A DNA stretch of 64,000 bases from an uncultured Spirochaetota bacterium (GTDB lineage Bacteria > Spirochaetota > UBA4802 > UBA5550). The position numbers and the translations under genes were made by a program. Under the pieces are notes generated by a model. It searched no databases. It was given only the letters and a program-made list of their open reading frames with translations, and had not been told where the DNA came from. Each line of letters opens with the position of its first letter. Within the stretch, counting starts at the first letter, position 1. The DNA is taken from contig CAWHAA010000002.1 in NCBI GenBank assembly GCA_963827275.1, positions 1 through 64,000 on the forward strand, in the 5' to 3' direction. Below are positions 8,352 through 17,673 of this stretch, one piece after another.

Positions 8352-9923
8352 ATGGCCAGCAAGAAAATTACCATATATGACACGACCCTCCGCGACGGCG
8401 CACAGACCGTGGGGATATCCTTTTCCCTTCACGACAAGCTGCTCATCGCCGGCGCGCTGGACCGGCTCAACATCGATATTATCGAGGGCGGCTGGCCCGG
8501 GTCGAACCCCAAGGACGACCAGTTCTTCAAGGAGATTCGCAGGGCGAAGCTGCGCCATGCGGCAATCGCGGCCTTCGGCTCGACCAAACGGAAAAACGTC
8601 TCCTGCAAAAACGACCCGTTACTGCAGGCCCTGGTCGGGTCGCGCGCCCGGATCATCACCATCGTGGCCAAGACCTGGGACTTCCACGTCACCCGGGCGC
8701 TGAACATCAGCCTGAAAGAAAACCTCTCGCTGATCTACGACACCATCGCCTACCTCAAGGACCGGGGCCTCACGGTCTACCTTGACGCCGAGCACTTCTT
8801 CGACGGGTTCAAATCGAATGAAGAGTATTCCTATACTATCATGCGCAGGGCCCGGGAGGCCGGGGCGGACATGATCGTGTTCTGCGACACCAACGGCGGC
8901 ACCATGCCGAACGAGGCGGGCGATATCGTCGCGTGCGCCGCGCGGGAGGACATCCTTCCCATCGGCGTCCATTTCCACAATGACGCGGGCGTGGCGGTCG
9001 CGAATTCACTCGCCAGCGTGGCGGCCGGGGCGGTGTCGGTCCAGGGAACCGCAAACGGATACGGCGAGCGCTGCGGCAACACCAACCTGATGACCCTCAT
9101 CCCCAACCTGGTGCTCAAGCTGGGGTACCGGTGCGCGGCGGAACGGTCGCTCGTCCACCTGACTGAAACGAGCAGGCTGATCAGCGAAACCGCCAACCTC
9201 GCGCACGACGAGCGGGCCCCCTACGTCGGGGACAGCTCCTTTGCCCACAAGGGCGGCGTCCATGTTTCCGGCCTGCGGAAAGACACCAGGACCTACGAGC
9301 ATGTCGGGCCCGAAACGGTCGGGAACCGGCGGAAGGTGCTCGTGTCCGAGCTCTCGGGCAAAAGCAACATCCTCTTCAAGGCCAGGGAAATGGGGATCGA
9401 GCTGAAAAACAGGGTAACACTTCCGGCAGAACTGCTACAGAAGATCAAGGGGCTCGAGGACCAGGGCTTCCAGTTCGAGGCGGCGGAAGGCTCCTTCGAG
9501 CTCCTGATCAGGGAAGCCACGGGCGAGTACCGCCCCTTTTTCAAGCTGAAGGGGTTCCGCGTCATCAGCGAGATGGAAGGGACAAAGAAGCTCATGTGCG
9601 AAGCGACCATAAAGGTGGAAGTGGACGGCACGGTAGAGCACACCGCCGCGGTCGGGTACGGCCCCGTCGAGGCCCTGGACAACGCGCTCCGCAAGGCCCT
9701 GGAAAAATTCTACCCGGAAATAAAGGAGATACAGCTCGCTGACTACAAGGTCCGCGTGCTGAATGAAAAGAGCGGGACCGCGGCTGCAGTGCGGGTCCTC
9801 ATCGACCAGAGGAGGAAAACCGACCACTGGGGCACCGTCGGCGTATCGACCGACATCATTGAAGCCTCGTGGCAGGCGCTTGTGGACGGCATCGAGTACA
9901 TGCTGCTGAAAAACAAAAAATGA
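8352..9923 (+). CDS. cimA: Citramalate synthase
   Basis: DTTLRDGAQ; EGGWPGSNPKD; DAEHFFDG; DTNGG; HFHND; GERCGN; FAHKGGVH; LeuA-type regulatory domain. Confidence 0.9.
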   Translation: MASKKITIYDTTLRDGAQTVGISFSLHDKLLIAGALDRLNIDIIEGGWPGSNPKDDQFFKEIRRAKLRHAAIAAFGSTKRKNVSCKNDPLLQALVGSRARIITIVAKTWDFHVTRALNISLKENLSLIYDTIAYLKDRGLTVYLDAEHFFDGFKSNEEYSYTIMRRAREAGADMIVFCDTNGGTMPNEAGDIVACAAREDILPIGVHFHNDAGVAVANSLASVAAGAVSVQGTANGYGERCGNTNLMTLIPNLVLKLGYRCAAERSLVHLTETSRLISETANLAHDERAPYVGDSSFAHKGGVHVSGLRKDTRTYEHVGPETVGNRRKVLVSELSGKSNILFKAREMGIELKNRVTLPAELLQKIKGLEDQGFQFEAAEGSFELLIREATGEYRPFFKLKGFRVISEMEGTKKLMCEATIKVEVDGTVEHTAAVGYGPVEALDNALRKALEKFYPEIKEIQLADYKVRVLNEKSGTAAAVRVLIDQRRKTDHWGTVGVSTDIIEASWQALVDGIEYMLLKNKK

Positions 9924-10079
9924 CACGCGTCACGTCGTGGTCGCCATATGTCTTTTTAAAAAAACCTTGCAATTATAACCGAATCGGGTAATTAAGGAAG
10001 AACTGGAAGAAAACGCGCCGTGCGAGCGGCGCGCGCCGCATCGTAATAAAATACATCAACACAGAGATTGGCAACACGA

Positions 10080-11150
10080 ATGAAACATACAATGATATAC
10101 CTGGCCCTGTGCCTGTTGTTATTAATCCCCGCCATGCCCGGACATTCATGGGAGCCCTATGACGGGGTCATCGCGGTCGTGAACGACATATCCATTATCG
10201 AAAGCGACATTGACAGCAAGCTGAACCAGCTCGTGAAAACCAGGAACATCCCCCGGAACAGGTACGCGGCGGAAAAGAGCAGGATACTCGACAAGTTCAT
10301 CGAGGACGCGCTGGTACTGGAAGCGGCCAGCGAGGAGGCCATCGTTATCGGAGACCGCCGCGTCATAAGCCAGATCGAAGAGATGATGAAACAGTTTTTC
10401 GCGGCAAAGTTCCAGGACAAGAAAAAGCTCGACAAGCAGGTCGAAAAGATGGCCGGCCGGCTTGAAAAACGGCTCAGCGAGGAGCCGTTGATGGACGACA
10501 AAGAGCTCGATACCCAGATCGATTCGTTCACGCGCTTTATCGAGGAACGCTTCAATCTCGGGTTCAAGGACTATTTCGAGGAGATACGCTCCCAGATAAT
10601 GAGGGAGCAGGTCATGTCGATTGCCATCGGCGTATCGCCGCCGTCGAAAGAAGAGGCGATGAGCTGGTATAAACAGAACAGGAACAAGCTCGGCGACGAG
10701 GTGTGGGTCAAGCATATCCTCATCAGGCCTTCCGGCGCCTCCTTCACCGCGGAACGCGACGCGAACCAGAAGCTGACAGAGCTGCGCGACAGGATCACCG
10801 CTGGCGAGCCCTTTGAAAAAGTGGCGCGCGCCAGCTCCCAGGACCCCGAGTCAGCGGCAAACGGCGGCGACCTCGGCTGGAAAATGCTCGCCGAGATGGA
10901 CCCCTATTTCGCGGGGTTCGTGAACAACCTGCGCGCCGTCGGCCAGGTATCGACCCCCTTCAAGTCCAGCATCGGCTATCACATCGTCAAGCTCATGGGG
11001 CGGCGGCCCATCACCTTCGAAAAGGTCGAACGCCTGATAATGTTCAAGCTCTACAACGAGAGCATGTTTGAACAGTTCAAGAAATGGGTCAACAGGAGAA
11101 AGAAGGAGTCCGAAATCCAGATCTTCATGAAAAATTACATGGCGGCCTGA
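10080..11150 (+). CDS. SurA-like periplasmic chaperone / parvulin peptidyl-prolyl isomerase
   Basis: Signal peptide; IAVVNDISI; KHILI; SQDPESAANGGDLGW; GYHIVK. Confidence 0.85.
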   Translation: MKHTMIYLALCLLLLIPAMPGHSWEPYDGVIAVVNDISIIESDIDSKLNQLVKTRNIPRNRYAAEKSRILDKFIEDALVLEAASEEAIVIGDRRVISQIEEMMKQFFAAKFQDKKKLDKQVEKMAGRLEKRLSEEPLMDDKELDTQIDSFTRFIEERFNLGFKDYFEEIRSQIMREQVMSIAIGVSPPSKEEAMSWYKQNRNKLGDEVWVKHILIRPSGASFTAERDANQKLTELRDRITAGEPFEKVARASSQDPESAANGGDLGWKMLAEMDPYFAGFVNNLRAVGQVSTPFKSSIGYHIVKLMGRRPITFEKVERLIMFKLYNESMFEQFKKWVNRRKKESEIQIFMKNYMAA

Positions 11151-11174
11151 TCGCGGGACGCGGTGGAGCAGCTG

Positions 11175-12650
11175 GTGAAAATCGACATTCTGTTATATAT
11201 TGATGATGCGGTCACCGATGAGGAGCTCTCCTTTGCCGGCACGTACCTGCCCGACACGTATGCCGACCGCTTCCGCACTATCGAAAACGCCGGCGCCCTC
11301 TATTATTCCGCGCCGGAGCAGTACCGGGGCAAGCTAGCGGGTACAAGCTCGTGTCTTGTCCGCACCGGGTCGGACGATGTCGATTTCTGGAAAGACCTCT
11401 TTGCCCGCACCGGGTCGGAGCACCTCTGTAAAATACGGGCAGACGCCCCGTTCATCGACCCGGCCATCATCGGGGAGATGATGGAGCTTCACCTGAAATA
11501 CCTTGCCGAGTTCACCTATTCCGAGAACCTCCCTGCCGGGTTGACCTGCGAAATAATCTCGAAAGAGCTCATCGAAGCGATCCCCGCTCTTGACCGCAAG
11601 ACGCTGCCGCTGGCGCAGGTGATAAAATCAAACATCAACAATTTCGACATCGAGATTTACTACAAGGACCCTGACATAAGGGACAAGCGCCTCTCCTTCC
11701 TGTCGTCCAGCCGGCGCGATGCCCGCGTGATGGAGAACCTCTACCGCGCCGTAAAGGCTCCGCCCCCCTATGAAAAATTAAAAGAAACAATTGAGAAGGA
11801 TCCCGGTCTGCTCTACATCGGGCCTTCGTACCTGGAGGTCGAGCTCACGGGCGAATGCGAGCTTGACTGCCTGTTCTGCTACCGGAAGACCCTTGCCGGG
11901 ACGCACGGAAGGATGGAGGTCCCCCTGTTCAGGGAGATACTCGGGCAGATGCGCTCGTTCAACCTGCCCTACACCGTGTGCGTCGGCGGCTCGGGCGAGC
12001 CGCTGATGCATCCCCGCTTCTATGAAATCCTCACCCTGGCGCAGGAAGAGCCGCTCGTCGAATCGGTCATCGTCGAAACAAACGGCATATACTGCGACGC
12101 GAACTACCGGGCAATGATCACCGAGAAGGCGCCCAAGGCAAAGACCATCGTGAATATAAACGGCATGGACCGGGAGACCTATGCGAAACTCCACGGCTCC
12201 GACCGCTTCGAAGCGGTCCACCGGAACATACTCGCCCTCAAGGAATCGGCGGGCGACCGCCTGTTCATACAGATCATGAAGATACACGAGACCGAGCCTT
12301 TCCTGGACGCGTACTACGACTTCTGGGAAAGGGAGAAGGTCGCCATCGTGCTCCAGAAGCAGAACACCTACCTGGGCAGGATACCGGACCGCCGGTATTC
12401 CGACCTCTCGCCGCTGGACCGGATCCCCTGCTGGCACCTCCAGCGCGACCTGTACATCACCGCCGACGGCAGCGTCACCTTCTGCAAGCAGGATGTGGAC
12501 GCGGACCATGCCTGCGGCAATGTAAAGGACGGTTCCCTGGCGGACATATGGGAAAAGAAGAAAGCAGCATTCATCCGCGAATATGCAAAAGACTATCCGC
12601 CACAACCTGACTGCAGCTCTTGTGACGAATGGTATACCTTCAATTTTTAG
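11175..12650 (+). CDS. Spiro-SPASM protein: cytidylyltransferase-like N-terminal domain fused to radical SAM and SPASM domains
   Basis: CELDCLFC (CX3CX2C); GSGEPL; ETNG; C-terminal CWHL..TFCKQD..CSSCDEW; N-terminal ADAPFIDP..ENLPAG resembles SpsF; GGAG RBS before GTG 11175. Confidence 0.85.
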   Translation: MKIDILLYIDDAVTDEELSFAGTYLPDTYADRFRTIENAGALYYSAPEQYRGKLAGTSSCLVRTGSDDVDFWKDLFARTGSEHLCKIRADAPFIDPAIIGEMMELHLKYLAEFTYSENLPAGLTCEIISKELIEAIPALDRKTLPLAQVIKSNINNFDIEIYYKDPDIRDKRLSFLSSSRRDARVMENLYRAVKAPPPYEKLKETIEKDPGLLYIGPSYLEVELTGECELDCLFCYRKTLAGTHGRMEVPLFREILGQMRSFNLPYTVCVGGSGEPLMHPRFYEILTLAQEEPLVESVIVETNGIYCDANYRAMITEKAPKAKTIVNINGMDRETYAKLHGSDRFEAVHRNILALKESAGDRLFIQIMKIHETEPFLDAYYDFWEREKVAIVLQKQNTYLGRIPDRRYSDLSPLDRIPCWHLQRDLYITADGSVTFCKQDVDADHACGNVKDGSLADIWEKKKAAFIREYAKDYPPQPDCSSCDEWYTFNF

Positions 12651-12690
12651 ACGGTTAAACCGGCATGCAGCCCGTTCCGATACTACTATC

Positions 12691-13446
12691 ATGAAACCGA
12701 TCATCACAGCCATAATCCAGGCGCGGATGGGCTCAACCCGGCTCCCCGGCAAGGGGATGAAGCCGCTTGCCGGCACACCGCTCCTCGCGCACGTGTTTGA
12801 GCGGATACGCTGCACCCGCGGCGTTGACCGCATCGTGCTGGCCACCTGCGGCGGTGATGAAAACCGCGTAATCATCAGCCTGGCCGAGTCAATGGGCATC
12901 CAGGTGTTCATCGGGTCGGAGGAGAACGTGCTGGAGCGCTTTTACCGCGCCGCCCTGCAGTTCGGCGGCGATTACATCATGCGCGTGACCGGCGATAATC
13001 CCTTTACCGATCCCGACTACGCGGCACGCACCATCGACGCGATACTGGCGTCAGGGGCGGATCTCTGCTACTTTTCGAACCTTCCCCTGGGGACCGGCGT
13101 GGGCATGGTAAAGCGGTCCGCCCTCGACATGGCCTACCGGAAAAGCGACAAGCCGCACCAGCTGGAGCACGTGACGCCCTATATACGTGAGCACCCGGAG
13201 GAATTCAAGATCGATATCGGTGAAACCGATATATACAACCCCTTCCCCGGGCTGCGCCTGACGGTTGACACACAGGAGGATTTCAGGCTGGCCGAGATAC
13301 TCTACCGCCAGCTGTACCGGGGAAGACCGTTCCCGCTCAGCGAGGTCATCGCGTTCCTTGAACGGAACCCGGATATCGCCGCCATTAACAGCACCATCAA
13401 GCAGCGTCCAATGACGCATTCAAGCAGAGTATGCGACGGGAAATAA
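12691..13446 (+). CDS. SpsF/PseF-like cytidylyltransferase
   Basis: IIQARMGSTRLPGK; GSEENVLERF; RVTGDNPFTDP; EHVTPYI; RLTVDTQED. Confidence 0.88.
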   Translation: MKPIITAIIQARMGSTRLPGKGMKPLAGTPLLAHVFERIRCTRGVDRIVLATCGGDENRVIISLAESMGIQVFIGSEENVLERFYRAALQFGGDYIMRVTGDNPFTDPDYAARTIDAILASGADLCYFSNLPLGTGVGMVKRSALDMAYRKSDKPHQLEHVTPYIREHPEEFKIDIGETDIYNPFPGLRLTVDTQEDFRLAEILYRQLYRGRPFPLSEVIAFLERNPDIAAINSTIKQRPMTHSSRVCDGK

Positions 13447-14357
13447 TCTCAATCGTCACCGGGTGGAGCGACCGCCTCGGTTCCGGCCACATCCAGAGGA
13501 TGACGGCCCTGGCTGATTTTCTTGAACGGCAGAAGATGATGCGCCCATTCATCATAGCGGATCCCGGCGCTGACCCGCTGCCGCCCGCGATGTCATCACG
13601 GGTGCTCCCCTATATCCAGTCCGGCAGCTCATGCATAATCCGGGACATGCGCGACTCCACGATCGATGAAGTGATCAGCCTGAAGCGATACTGCAGGGTC
13701 ATAACAATCGACGACTGCGGCCCGGGGCGGGATTTCGCCGACCTGGCAATCGACCTGCTGCCGAACCTGGAATACGCGTCACGGGCCAAACGGCCCTTCA
13801 TATACGGGTACAATTTCACCGATTCGATCAGGAATATCGGCGACCGGCACCTGCGAAAGACCATCGATTGCGCCGTGTATCCCGGGAACAATCCCTCCCA
13901 TGAAACGGTAGATTTTCTTTTTTCTCTCATCCCGCCCCATGCCTCCTGCGCGCTCCTGTGCGGGGACAAATCGCTGATGTACAAGGACGGCGCATCGTCC
14001 CCGCTGACCCTTTCGTACGCTGAGGCGCTCCTGTCATCCAAGATCCTCATTTCCCACTTCGGGATCACCCTCTACGAAGGCCATATCGCGGGATGCCGCC
14101 TTGTCTCCGTCAACCCGACCGACTATCATTCATCGCTCGCGGACCAGGCGGTCGATGAAATCGGTGTAATCAATCTCGGTACCGCGGAAAAACTCGACCC
14201 CGGCATGGCATGTACAGCCATCGCGGCATTACTGGGCGAATCAGAAGACAACAGGATGGACCCCGTCCAGATCCTGGCCCAGATCGACAGGGGGCTGGAA
14301 CAGTTCTATGCGCAGATCACGCCGTTCCTCGCTGATGTCTGCTCCGCACAAAAATGA
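13431..14357 (+). CDS. SpsG/PseG-like GT-B fold protein (nucleotide-sugar hydrolase or glycosyltransferase)
   Basis: GSGHIQRM; IRDMRDS; TIDD; SHFGITLYE. Confidence 0.6.
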   Translation: MRREIISIVTGWSDRLGSGHIQRMTALADFLERQKMMRPFIIADPGADPLPPAMSSRVLPYIQSGSSCIIRDMRDSTIDEVISLKRYCRVITIDDCGPGRDFADLAIDLLPNLEYASRAKRPFIYGYNFTDSIRNIGDRHLRKTIDCAVYPGNNPSHETVDFLFSLIPPHASCALLCGDKSLMYKDGASSPLTLSYAEALLSSKILISHFGITLYEGHIAGCRLVSVNPTDYHSSLADQAVDEIGVINLGTAEKLDPGMACTAIAALLGESEDNRMDPVQILAQIDRGLEQFYAQITPFLADVCSAQK

Positions 14358-14425
14358 AAAATTTATTGCAATAATTCCCGCCCCCGCTACCCTCGATGCA
14401 GAAATAACCCCTGAGGAGCGCCTTC

Positions 14426-14998
14426 ATGAAAATACGTTCTGTCGCAGCCATGGCATGCATCGTCACCGTCGCGCTTGTCGCGTCGAACTGTTTCCTGGAG
14501 CAGGGAAATATCAGGACGGTCAATTTTGACAACGGCTCAAAATATGTCGGCGAAATAAAAGAAACATGGAAGCACGGGTACGGGAAAATGACCTGGGCCA
14601 ATGGCGATCTCTATGAAGGCCAGTGGGAATATGACGCCATGCAGGGGAAAGGCCTTCTTACCGAGGCCAACGGCAACCGCTACGACGGGATGTGGTCCCG
14701 GAACATGCGCAGCGGCTATGGCGTTGAAACGGAAAAAAACGGCTCACGCTACGAGGGATACTGGGAAGCCAACAAGCGGAGCGGACAGGGGACACTTAAA
14801 AAGGCAAACGGCGAAACCTATACCGGCTCATGGAAGAACGGGGAGAAAAACGGGACCGGCGTGTATGTCTGGCCCGACCGTTCAAAATACGAAGGTGAAT
14901 TCAAGGACGGGAAACGGCACGGCAGGGGCGTTATGACCGGCGCTGACGGCATTGTTGAAAAGGGAACGTTTCTGAACGATGTCTTTGTCGGAAAATGA
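14426..14998 (+). CDS. MORN-repeat exported protein
   Basis: About 6 repeats of YEGxWxxxxxxGxG; hydrophobic N-terminus ending ASNC. Confidence 0.85.
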   Translation: MKIRSVAAMACIVTVALVASNCFLEQGNIRTVNFDNGSKYVGEIKETWKHGYGKMTWANGDLYEGQWEYDAMQGKGLLTEANGNRYDGMWSRNMRSGYGVETEKNGSRYEGYWEANKRSGQGTLKKANGETYTGSWKNGEKNGTGVYVWPDRSKYEGEFKDGKRHGRGVMTGADGIVEKGTFLNDVFVGK

Positions 14999-15004
14999 CG
15001 TCTC

Positions 15005-15790
15005 ATGACGGGAAAAAAATTCATTCGTGCCGCGTGCATCGTCTCGGCGATACTCGTTCTATGTTCAATCGAGGCGAGTTCCGCGGCAGACATGGCCGTC
15101 CGCTTCCAGGCGCGGCTCTTCAATAAAAATGAGTTTACCCTCCCCTACCGCCTCCTGGTGCCGGTGCATTATGATGCGACAAAACGATACCCCCTCATAC
15201 TCTTCCTCCACGGTTCAGACGAGCGCGGCACGGATAACATCAGGCAATTATACGTGGGCCTCGACATCTTCGCCGCTGAAGCAAGGATGCAGCGCTACCC
15301 CTGCTTTATTATCGCGCCCCAGTGCCCCGCCGGGATGAAATGGGCCGACGTGGACTGGAAGTCAGACCGCCATATCATGAGGGATTCCCCGACGGAGGCT
15401 CTTGCCTCTTCCATTGACCTCATACGGGATGTGTCGAAAGAATTTTCAATAGACGCCTGCCGTATCTATGTGGCGGGCTATTCAATGGGCGGGTTCGGCT
15501 CATGGGAAGCCATCCAGCGATGGCCCGACCTGTTTGCCGCCGCGGTCCCGGTGTGCGGCGGCGGCGATGAGACCCAGGCGTCCCGCATCGCCGGGGTGCC
15601 GCTCTGGGCATTTCACGGCGCGCTCGACCCTCTCGTCAGGGTTGGACGCTCCCGCAACATGGTCAATGCCGTTGTCAGGGCCGGAGGAACGCCGCGCTAT
15701 ACGGAGTATCCTGGCATCAATCACTTCTCCTGGGGGCTTGCCTTCAGCGACCCGTCCCTGTATGAATGGCTCTTCAGGCAAAAGAAATAA
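15005..15790 (+). CDS. Secreted alpha/beta-hydrolase (predicted esterase/peptidase)
   Basis: LFLHGSDERG; APQCP; GYSMGG nucleophile; WAFHGALD. Confidence 0.85.
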   Translation: MTGKKFIRAACIVSAILVLCSIEASSAADMAVRFQARLFNKNEFTLPYRLLVPVHYDATKRYPLILFLHGSDERGTDNIRQLYVGLDIFAAEARMQRYPCFIIAPQCPAGMKWADVDWKSDRHIMRDSPTEALASSIDLIRDVSKEFSIDACRIYVAGYSMGGFGSWEAIQRWPDLFAAAVPVCGGGDETQASRIAGVPLWAFHGALDPLVRVGRSRNMVNAVVRAGGTPRYTEYPGINHFSWGLAFSDPSLYEWLFRQKK

Positions 15791-15898
15791 GACATAATGC
15801 CTGAGCAGAACCGGGCCCCGCTCTTTCGCCGCCCCGGACAATGAACCGTGCGGCAAAAAATTACTTGTTATTTTCCGAAAACAATATATCCTTGCATC

Positions 15899-16699
15899 AT
15901 GAAAATCATAAAACAGATCGCTCCCGCAGGCCGGGACAGCATGAAAAGCCTCACCACAGAGCTGGAATCGATCGTGTATGAAAACATCCGGGGCAATTAT
16001 CCGGGAAACTGGGACAGCGACGCCATGACGCGCGCCCTGTTCTCCGACATGAAAAGGCTTTTCCACGATAAAACAATCAGGACACCGGGGAACACCATTA
16101 CTTCATCATGGAGCCTGCAGCGGCTCAGGAACGACCGTGACGACAAGTTGCTTGGAGATATCGCCCTGCTGCTGCAGATATCCTACCACGACGGGCAGGT
16201 CGTCAGGGGCGCCGCATTCCTTGACATTGCCGAAAAAGACGCGGGCAAGAACACCTTCTCGCGGCTGAACAAAAACAGGATCAAGAAGCTCCTTTCAGTC
16301 GCGCCGCACGCCGGCATGCTGCTCTACGACTACGACGCGATCGCCGGCATGGCGTTCCCGTCAACCGCGGCGTCGATCATCGGAAGCGATCCTCATAACT
16401 GGAACAACTGGATCCCCTACACCCACGCAGCGACGGTGCCGGCAAACCTGGTCATGCCGCTTGACAATAAAACAACCGGCCTGTACAAGGTATCCCTTCC
16501 CCTCTCCTACCAGCTTTGCTACCGGTACCTGTACGGTCTTGACCTTGACTATACTCCCGCGTCCGTTGAGACAGCGGCCGGCCTGCGGTCCGAGCGCGGG
16601 AACACAAAATTCCTCATCATGATCGCGGTCTCGCACGGCGGCGCCGAGCCGATAGACTCCTTTGATTATGATGACAAGAAATATGTCGAATTTGAATGA
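15899..16699 (+). CDS. Hypothetical protein, possible degenerate PD-(D/E)XK fold
   Basis: Clean ORF; GDIALL...GAAFLDIAEK pattern; start at 15899 or 15941. Confidence 0.55.
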   Translation: MKIIKQIAPAGRDSMKSLTTELESIVYENIRGNYPGNWDSDAMTRALFSDMKRLFHDKTIRTPGNTITSSWSLQRLRNDRDDKLLGDIALLLQISYHDGQVVRGAAFLDIAEKDAGKNTFSRLNKNRIKKLLSVAPHAGMLLYDYDAIAGMAFPSTAASIIGSDPHNWNNWIPYTHAATVPANLVMPLDNKTTGLYKVSLPLSYQLCYRYLYGLDLDYTPASVETAAGLRSERGNTKFLIMIAVSHGGAEPIDSFDYDDKKYVEFE

Positions 16700-16702
16700 C
16701 AG

Positions 16703-17230
16703 ATGAAAGTTTTAATAGCATATTACACGCAGACCGGCAACACGGAGCAGATCGCCCGCACCCTGGCCGCGGAAATTCATGCACCCCATGAAACCACTAT
16801 CGTGAAGAATGAAACGCTCGGGGCGGTATCATGCGCCGATTTCGATCTTGTCTTTATCGGGTCCCCCTGCCATGCGGGAACGCTTTCAGCCCCCGTCCGG
16901 GGCCTTCTCTCAGAACTTCCCGAAAACCCGGCGTTTCACCTCGCGGGATTCATCACGCACGCGTCCGCCGCGTACAGTACAACAGATTACGAACAGTGCC
17001 TGGACTATTTCAGCTCGCTCTGCAAAAAGAAGGGGATCGCCTATCATGGTTGTTTCGAATGCCAGGGACGGCTTGCGCCCCAGCTCCATGATTTTATCAA
17101 AAAATCAAAAAAGATCGGCGATGACGAGTGGGACCGGATGGTCGCGGATATGAACGGACACCCCGACGCCGGAGATGAGCGGAAGGCCCGGATATTCGCG
17201 CGCGAAGTAATTGCGCTTGCATCGAAGTAA
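16703..17230 (+). CDS. Flavodoxin-like protein
   Basis: YYTQTGNTEQIA FMN loop; DLVFIGSP. Confidence 0.8.
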   Translation: MKVLIAYYTQTGNTEQIARTLAAEIHAPHETTIVKNETLGAVSCADFDLVFIGSPCHAGTLSAPVRGLLSELPENPAFHLAGFITHASAAYSTTDYEQCLDYFSSLCKKKGIAYHGCFECQGRLAPQLHDFIKKSKKIGDDEWDRMVADMNGHPDAGDERKARIFAREVIALASK

Positions 17231-17252
17231 ACCGCGCGCTATCCCCGCGCGG

Positions 17253-17615
17253 ATGGACAAGAATAATGTTACCGGCAATTCAGTGAACACAGAACCTGCC
17301 ATTACCTGCCGTCGATGCGGCAATTGTTGCCATGTGGACATGATCGCCTATGCCGTCGAATCCGATATTGAACGCTGGCGGCGTGAAAACCGTTTCGATA
17401 TTCTTTCCCGGATTCAGGGCAATGAGATCGTATGGTCCGGGGACACCATCGTGTCGGCAAGCGGCAGGCACCTTGCCTCCTGCGTGTATCTGAACCGCGA
17501 CGGAGAATCCTTCTCCTGTGATATTTATGAAACACGGCCCCAGGTCTGCAGGGACTTCGCGCCCGGGTCCTCGCAGCTCTGCCCCCTCTATTCAGCGGCC
17601 GCGGCAAAAAAATGA
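17253..17615 (+). CDS. YkgJ family cysteine-cluster (Zn/Fe-chelating) protein
   Basis: CRRCGNCC...CVYL...CDIYETRPQVCRDF. Confidence 0.85.
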   Translation: MDKNNVTGNSVNTEPAITCRRCGNCCHVDMIAYAVESDIERWRRENRFDILSRIQGNEIVWSGDTIVSASGRHLASCVYLNRDGESFSCDIYETRPQVCRDFAPGSSQLCPLYSAAAAKK

Positions 17616-17673
17616 CTTTACTGAAATGACGTATACTCATTAGACTGCCCCAAACAGGGCATGAGGATACGCT

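Noticed and set aside
11778..12911. Long antisense or alternative-frame ORFs (also 7115-8005, 24288-25169, 31333-32310, 34199-35026)
   Set aside because: Shadow ORFs of GC-rich genes with no recognisable motifs
14530..14990. Periodic repeats
   Set aside because: Explained by MORN protein repeats
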